A stretch of 62,772 bases of DNA, filler included, from Stramenopiles sp. TOSAG23-2 (taxonomy: Eukaryota): assembly GCA_900128395.1 (NCBI GenBank). It is 17 parts of 17 records of this genome, joined end to end, with 100 filler letters (N's around TTAATTAATTAA, not from the genome) between each part and the next. Parts side by side here need not be neighbours in the genome. Positions count along the whole stretch, not along the records: positions 55,985 to 57,262 come from LT653281.1; positions 57,363 to 58,640 come from LT653282.1; positions 58,741 to 60,018 come from LT653283.1; positions 60,119 to 61,395 come from LT653284.1; positions 61,496 to 62,772 come from LT653285.1; 12 more parts are not named here. One strand, written 5' to 3'. The notes below the pieces were generated by a model. That model searched no databases and was not told where the DNA came from. It saw only the letters and a list, made by a program, of their open reading frames with translations. Numbering within the stretch: position 1 is the stretch's first letter; each line of letters opens with the position of its first letter. Made by a program: the position numbers and the translations under genes. Positions 55,987-62,772 of the stretch are shown piece after piece.

Positions 55987-57252
55987 AGTTCAGCTCCGGT
56001 CTATGCTGAAGGAAATTTTGAACAATATGCACAAGTAGTTACAAATGCATTGGCAATGGAAGTTATTGGTGGTTCAACTGAATGTCGTCAAGCTGTTAGC
56101 GATGCAACTGATCACTTACATGATTTAGCAAATTTAACATTTCCATATGCATCTAGTGAAAAAATTCCAACATATTTAAAACCTTGTAATGAAGTAAAAA
56201 CAATGGATGATTTTGCAATGTATCTGAGTTCAATTTTTGGTAATTTCCAAGGGTATGTAATATCATATTTTTTCTCTTCTTATAAATATATATAGTAAAA
56301 TAATCAATGATGATCAACCAATTGCTGTCATAAATAATAATGTTGACACTTTATTCACACTGACTGAGTTTTATTTCTATATATGTAGATGTATATACAG
56401 AGAGTGTATATATATATATATACACATTTATAAATTATATATGTACATTCATTCCTTATCTAATTATATGCAAAACAAACTAAAACACTAACAACACATC
56501 ATGATACATACGCAAATATATATATATATATATATTACAGCACGGTTCAATATAATGACGAAGGCCAACCAATAAATGTACGAATGATTTGTAATATAAT
56601 GACAAATACATCAATACCGGATGTTGTAGATCGATTAAGCAATGTAATGGAATTATTCGTGAAAAAAGAAGGTATGACAAAATGCGTTCAAAGTAGTTTA
56701 CAAGAAAATTTAATTGATCTTGTATCTAATACTTCATTTAGTTCAAAGACGTGTGATTTGAATTGCAATTCTACAAGACAATGGATTTATCAAAGTTGTA
56801 ACGAGTTTGGTTTTTTTCAAACAACAACAGCATCATCTGATACAAATGTATTTCATTTTCCAGAAGTAACATATGATATTGTAGGAAAAGCTCTTTGCGA
56901 ACGTGCATTTTTAAATTCACCATGGGGTAACAATTACAAAGGACCAAATACAGAATTTACTAATGTTTTCTATGGTAATAGAAATATTGCATCGACTAAT
57001 ACTACTTTACCAGGTGGAAATGTTGATCCATGGCATAGTTTAGGAATTGCAAATGTATCTGATCCATTTTATAATAGTTGTGATGGTAATAAATGCAATA
57101 AACAATTATTACATAGTAGTGATGAAGTCGTTTTTATCGATGGAACGGGTCATTGCCGCGATATGTTTGCATCAAATAGCACTATCGATACCGAAGCAAT
57201 TCAATGGGCACATGATAAAATTTCTGAAAATGTTAAAATGTATTTGAGTTAA
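55987..57252 (+). CDS. Peptidase S28 (serine carboxypeptidase / thymus-specific serine protease-like), 5'-truncated; exons to 56252 and 56541-57252
   Basis: SSAPV, spliced FQG-TVQYN, RQWIYQSCNEFGFFQT, GNVDPWH, GTGHCRDM. Confidence 0.9.
56253..56540 (+). other. Spliceosomal intron (288 nt, phase 2)
   Basis: GTATGT donor and TACAG acceptor. GG+C gives Gly and restores QYN. Confidence 0.85.
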
Positions 57253-57580
57253 AATCTATAAGNNNNNNNNNNNNNNNNNNNNNNNNNNNNNNNNNNNNNN
57301 NNNNNNTTAATTAATTAANNNNNNNNNNNNNNNNNNNNNNNNNNNNNNNNNNNNNNNNNNNNGACATGGGATACACCACGCGTGTTTTAAAAAAATCGTT
57401 TTTGTACAAATTATACACTCTCTTCTTCATTATTTTTAATATTATACGAGAACGCTTCTTCTCGTATATTTAATGTGTGTGATGGTAAGATTACTAAAAT
57501 ATAAATACAAAATATATGATACTTCAGTGTCTTGCGTCATATGATACCACACTTTTATCTCTTCTCAAATTTAATACACA

Positions 57581-58640
57581 CTACGTGACCATCATTTTGT
57601 CAGAAAAACTTGTCAATGCGACAGCAAAACATTGTATTAAAGTCATCGGTTTACAATAATCTAAACTAAAATGTTGCTTTGTTACTTTTCCAAAATTCAT
57701 TAATGTTTTTTCCTTATCATTGTTTATATCTACAAGTTGAAAATTTTTCTTTGAAGCTAATTTTACACGACCATTAAAATCCATTGTCCAAGCATCTGCT
57801 TCATCACTCCAAATTGGCTTTCTAGTCTTTAATATTATCACACGATCATCTTTTTTATTATAATATTTTGCTAATTTTTCTGTCATACTTGCTTCTTTAT
57901 GGTGGGATGGTACATAGTCAGATGAATTACTACTTGAAGTATTTTTTTTTCCAGCGTTTTCATTCGTTTTACCTTCACCATCAGGTTTTTTTATCATTTC
58001 TCTCTTTGTCTCTTCTTCACTCAAGCCACTTTGAGTTATATTTATTTTTGGAATTACAACTGTCATAGCATTAGGTACACGTCCTAATACATTTGTTACA
58101 TATACAATGGAAGCATGTTCGATAGCTTTACTATTTGCTAAACCATCCCCAGGAAATAGAGATGGATCGATGCCATAATCTAGACATTTAAACGTCGTCC
58201 CTGTAAAGTTTGGTTTAACTATACCTAAATATGAATCTGAACCAATTTCGAATATATTTTCATCATTCGATAAAATAAATGATTTACCATCTCTACAACA
58301 AGCTGCCATTATTACATTTCCACTTTTCTCATCATGTACTACATAATGTGTCTCATCCTTCTTTTCACCCATTTCATGTTTACGTTTTACATAACAACGT
58401 GTTAATCCAGGGAAACCTTTTGCTTTTAATGCTTTTTCTATATTGTCCATTACGACATTGCTATTATTATTATTTTCTGCCTCATCGGTAACTACTACGG
58501 GCACATCATCTGGTGGTATGAAATATCTTGCTTTTTTTTTTATGCTCTTCTGCAATTAATGGTTCAAATACTGTTATATCTGCTTTTCGTGTCTCTGTAT
58601 AAACAATTTTTGCATCTTTATCGTATTTCAAACGTTTCGG
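57581..58640 (-). CDS. Tubby C-terminal domain protein (5'-truncated; probable 1-nt indel in an A10 run)
   Basis: YLGIVKPNFTGTTF, YVTNVLGRVP, KPIWS...WTMDFNGRVKLASKKNFQL, FGKV...FSLDY..P. The upstream frame from 58640 joins if the run at 58532-58541 is A9. Confidence 0.9.
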
Positions 58641-58862
58641 NNNNNNNNNNNNNNNNNNNNNNNNNNNNNNNNNNNNNNNNNNNNTTAATTAATTAANNNN
58701 NNNNNNNNNNNNNNNNNNNNNNNNNNNNNNNNNNNNNNNNAAAAAAACTAATTCAGTAGCAAGTCTAACGAATGTTTTTTATAAATAAATATTACTCACA
58801 CAATTTTAATAAATAGAAGACATAAAATATTATTACACTCCCTTGTACATTTTGACGTTTGG

Positions 58863-59147
58863 TTGTTGCTTTTTCCAAATGGGTTAGTTGGGCCGCTATG
58901 GTTTTTAACACGGATTGATAAATTTTACATGTGGACATTAAGACAATTATTACACTTTAACACAATTATGCCTCATACAGAACATACGAACTTATTAACA
59001 AAGTATGATACAATTGCACCAATGGTTATGTTCTTTGGTATGGTAGAGCTAAATGTAACAAGGGGAAGGGTTGCCTCTATAATTTTAGCGATTTTTGGTG
59101 GAATATTACCTCAAATTTTGTTGTACTTGTATAGAACAGCGTGGTAA
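58863..59147 (+). CDS. Probable 3' fragment of a small membrane protein
   Basis: Hydrophobic ORF with no ATG start, followed by a typical 3' region. Confidence 0.4.
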   Translation: MLLFPNGLVGPLWFLTRIDKFYMWTLRQLLHFNTIMPHTEHTNLLTKYDTIAPMVMFFGMVELNVTRGRVASIILAIFGGILPQILLYLYRTAW

Positions 59148-59471
59148 AAAACAGATACATAATACTTCTCGTATAATAAAATTGACACACACTAGTGTGA
59201 GATTGACATTATCCTTTTTGGAGAGAGAAAGGAATTTAATCATATTTGATTTAAAATTTAAAAAATAAATTTAATGTGATGCGTAAATTAAACAAGAGTA
59301 AACATATATTTTTACGCGTATATGATATATAATTAATAATAAATGTGTGTACTAAAATACTACGTACTCGTATATATTTTTATATATATCCTACTAAGAT
59401 AAAAACAAATTTTTAAATTTAAAAACGACGTACGAACATATTTTGACTCTCTCCCTCACAATTTTTTTTTT

Positions 59472-59630
59472 TCAAGTTGATGTTGTCGTACATGGTGATG
59501 CACTCCCTCTAACACTCCTCCACCATGATTGGCAACTTAAGCTACCCCAACGACCGCTGGCAGCATTATTACCTTTGCCATATTCTGCATCACATGTGCC
59601 TTTACCCCAAATTCGTGAGGCTCTAAGTTG
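59472..59630 (-). CDS. Probable C-terminal fragment of a Cys/Gly/Trp-rich protein
   Basis: GC-richer coding-like stretch QLRASRIWGKGTCDAEYG...CTTTST* with no upstream continuation. Confidence 0.35.
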   Translation of the reverse strand, partial: QLRASRIWGKGTCDAEYGKGNNAASGRWGSLSCQSWWRSVRGSASPCTTTST

Positions 59631-60018
59631 AAAAGAGAAAAATGGATGAAAAAAGGGCTGGTAAATCACAACCCTATATATAAAAAAACTAATTCAGTAG
59701 CAAGTCTAACGAATGTTTTTTATAACAAAAATATTAGAAACAATTCAATGGATAGATCTTATAAGTTGTTGGATAAATCAGTGAAGAACTTAAAGCGTAT
59801 GGAGCATAAATCTCGTGTAGTATCTGGAAAAGGTAAAAAATATGGTAAAAAATACAGGTATAGCAATGTAGCGAAATATTTAGAAGATGTAAAAACAAGG
59901 AAAAAATATAGTAGTAAAAGACGAAATTTACCTAGTTATTATTCACAATCACCACGAAATCCAAATAATATAAAAGAACAGCAACAAGTGGAGTTGCAAA
60001 ATCGAAAACGACGTCCCT
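59628..60018 (+). CDS. Internal fragment of a basic low-complexity protein
   Basis: Open to the linker, Lys/Arg-rich, begins at an apparent chimeric junction. Confidence 0.4.
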
Positions 60019-60722
60019 NNNNNNNNNNNNNNNNNNNNNNNNNNNNNNNNNNNNNNNNNNNNTTAATTAATTAANNNNNNNNNNNNNNNNNNNNNNNNNN
60101 NNNNNNNNNNNNNNNNNNTTAATATTAAGAGTTTCATACTTTTCTTTGTTTTAGGATAGAATATATTGTAAAGAGTAATATTAATATGTTTATATATATA
60201 TATATATATATAGAATAGATTACTGTAAAGAGATATATATATATAATACCTGTATGAACATCATGTGGTTTTTTGTGGTTAGTGGTTATAGCTGATGGCT
60301 AATAATAATAAATACTGTGGTGCTGTGTGCATGCTAAATTTTTTATTTTTTAAACATTTTAACATTTTTTTAAAAAAAACACGACGACACGCATTATACT
60401 CTCTCTCTGTTCGTTATTCTTTGAATGACTATGCCAGGTTAAGGTATCCAAATATTGTATATAAATATATATATATATGGCACGCACACACACAATCTTT
60501 CATATGTTGTTAAAATTTTGAAATGAATCGTAAACACACAGTTATTGGTTTAATACAAATATATTTGATAACACAACATTGAATCAAACAAGTATTAATG
60601 CTAAATATATATGTATGTGTGTGTATATATAGATATATATACATATATATATAGATATATATACATACATACATGCATGCATACAAGACATGAGGAAGAA
60701 AAAATTAAGCTTTTTTTTTCTT

Positions 60723-61394
60723 TTAAAGTCTTGCCATTCCAGATGACTTTAAATCAAAACGATCGTTGCTCATTACTTTAGCCCATGCATTTACAAAGTC
60801 TCTTACAAAATATGGTTTGGAATCATCACATGCATAATGCTCGGCTAAACTACGTAATTGAGAGTTGGAGCCAAAGATTAAATCAACACGACTTCCTTGC
60901 CATTTTGATGCACCACTTGCACGGTCAACGCCATTGAATGTACTTCCATCGCCTGATGGTACCCATTTAGTACCCATATCAAGCAAATTAACAAAGAAAT
61001 CATTCGATAAAACACCTGGTGTTGAAGTAAATACACCTAATTTACTGTTTCCAGAATTAGCACCCAATACTCTCATTCCACCAACAAGTGCTGCCATTTC
61101 ACTTTTCGTTAAGTTTAACATGTGTGCATTGTCAACCAACATTGCTTCTGCGGATGCACCTGTACCACTTGATGAATGATGATTTCTGAAACCATCAAAG
61201 TGTGGCTCAAGTACACTGAAAGATGCTGCATCTGTTTGCTCAGCACTTGCATCTGTGCGACCAGGAGTGAATGGTACAGTCACGTTGTAACCACCAGCAC
61301 TTGCTGCACTTTCAATTGCAGCACAACCAGCAAGTACGATCAAATCAGCCATGGATACTTTTTTACTGTATGCACTTTGAATATTGCTTAAAGT
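60723..61394 (-). CDS. katG: Catalase-peroxidase, C-terminal domain (5'-truncated), ending in PTS1-like ARL
   Basis: [70 protein letters not shown]. Confidence 0.96.
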   Translation of the reverse strand, partial: TLSNIQSAYSKKVSMADLIVLAGCAAIESAASAGGYNVTVPFTPGRTDASAEQTDAASFSVLEPHFDGFRNHHSSSGTGASAEAMLVDNAHMLNLTKSEMAALVGGMRVLGANSGNSKLGVFTSTPGVLSNDFFVNLLDMGTKWVPSGDGSTFNGVDRASGASKWQGSRVDLIFGSNSQLRSLAEHYACDDSKPYFVRDFVNAWAKVMSNDRFDLKSSGMARL

Positions 61395-61495
61395 GNNNNN
61401 NNNNNNNNNNNNNNNNNNNNNNNNNNNNNNNNNNNNNNNTTAATTAATTAANNNNNNNNNNNNNNNNNNNNNNNNNNNNNNNNNNNNNNNNNNNN

Positions 61496-62655
61496 ATGGC
61501 ATATTTATCATCAATGCAGCTTCGCCAAATGTATCACCACGTCCCATATAGTCTACGATATCAGCAAATGCGCTTACACGTCGATCTTTTTTTCTATTAC
61601 TATTATTCTTCTTATTCTTATTACTATTATCATCATCATCATCATGTTCAGCTTTTTCATTACGTAATATAATTTCCATATCATCTACATGTGCACGTTC
61701 GGGACCATGTTCATATAATGCAACTTCACCACTTAACACACTATACATATTACGTTGATAATCACCACGTTGAAATAATACAGTACCAGCTTTGACTGCT
61801 TTTAATTGACATATTTCAGCAAAACATTTTAAAACATCAAATCTGCCAACCTTATGAACACGATGCCATTCATGTTTGTCATCTTCTATTAAATTAAAAT
61901 TGAAAAAATCTATTTTACTTAAATATTCTGTTAAATCTAAATCAATAATACCACGTAATAAACATGAAAATCCTGGTTTTTCTATTTCTAAACGTCGCAA
62001 TTCTAAAACTGGCAATTCAATTAATTTTGTATTTCTTCTCATAGCTCTCATTGATGTTAGATCAATTTTCATTGATGCTCTTCTACCAGGTGTCTTGGTT
62101 AAATATTTTAAATGCGCTTGTAAACAAAAAAAATCACTTTATATATAGATAGATATACATATTTGTATTAGGTATGTATGTATATTTTTATTTTGTTAAT
62201 GGAATGTGTTATTATGAATGAAGGATTTCTTTTCTTTTAATTATAGATACGTATGAGAATGGTGAAAAGTTTGAAAAAAATAAAAGGTGTTGTGTATATG
62301 TGTATATATAGAAATGTGCAAGTATGTATGGAATATATGATATATATTTCGATACCTACCCTTTCACTTTACGACATATACATTCTTCAACTAGTGACTC
62401 TGGTCGATGAGCATTTTTATTATGATTTGCTGGATCTTTTGGTAACAATGTGGATATAGCAACTTCGCCACTCATGACCATGATGAATATTAATTTATCG
62501 CTTTGTATAATTTCACTGGCTGCATACTCATGTATTTTACAATGTTCCGCTAATGAATCTAAATCATCTTTTGACAAGCCTAAAGATAAAGTGGACGAAG
62601 TGATACATTTAATAATTTGTTTTTTTGTTGTTACAGTAGATGAAACACAACCCAT
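61496..62655 (-). CDS. Cyclic-nucleotide-binding domain protein with an N-terminal MGC lipidation motif; exons 62655-62360 and 62136-61496 (3'-truncated)
   Basis: CNB-like IMVMSGEVAI...KVKG-DFF (spliced) and GTVLFQRGD...YSVLSGEV...GDTFGEAAL. Confidence 0.85.
62137..62359 (-). other. Spliceosomal intron (223 nt, phase 2)
   Basis: GTAGGT donor and AAG acceptor. GG+T gives Gly, in frame with the 62072 ORF. Confidence 0.75.
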
Positions 62656-62772
62656 ATTTTTTGTTATTGTTGTTGTTGTTGTTTTGAAACCGTCTTTTTC
62701 TTCTAAAAATACTATATATATATATCTTTTGAAGTGTATTGTTATTAAAATGTATGAATATATAACGAATGA

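Noticed and set aside
5286-61495. Regularly spaced TTAATTAATTAA palindromes as a biological repeat or CRISPR-like array
   Set aside because: They are always centred in 88 Ns and form a six-frame-stop assembly linker.
1-62772. Whole window as a giant-virus genome (AT-rich, ankyrins, SET, hairpins)
   Set aside because: A ribosomal protein, spliceosomal introns and mitochondrial/peroxisomal proteins are present, and no NCLDV core gene is visible.

Overview
This is not a contiguous locus. It is 17 short, size-ordered contigs (ten of about 5.2-5.3 kb, seven of about 1.28 kb) joined by artificial 100-nt linkers (44 N + TTAATTAATTAA + 44 N). The DNA comes from an AT-rich, gene-dense, intron-poor microbial eukaryote that uses the standard code. 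Evidence is RPL26, METTL13, RCE1, LYRM5, WDR70-like, mitochondrial-type Lon, Tubby, a PHD/RING chromatin protein, three GT-AG introns and poly-Asn tracts. A marine heterotrophic protist such as a stramenopile is plausible but is inference only. Exact tandem duplications and an inverted Lon fragment suggest whole-genome-amplification or assembly chimeras. The best leads are: a His-rich multi-pass membrane protein fused to cytochrome b5; a compositionally foreign ORF with tyrosine-recombinase-like motifs; a branched-hairpin inverted-repeat element; recurrent perfect hairpins just downstream of stop codons; recurrent CCAG/CTGG-rich patches upstream of starts; a minimal vSET-like protein with an N-terminal membrane anchor; and a large ARM-WW-PH protein. 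No complete novel multi-gene system can be demonstrated, because gene adjacency across linkers is meaningless.
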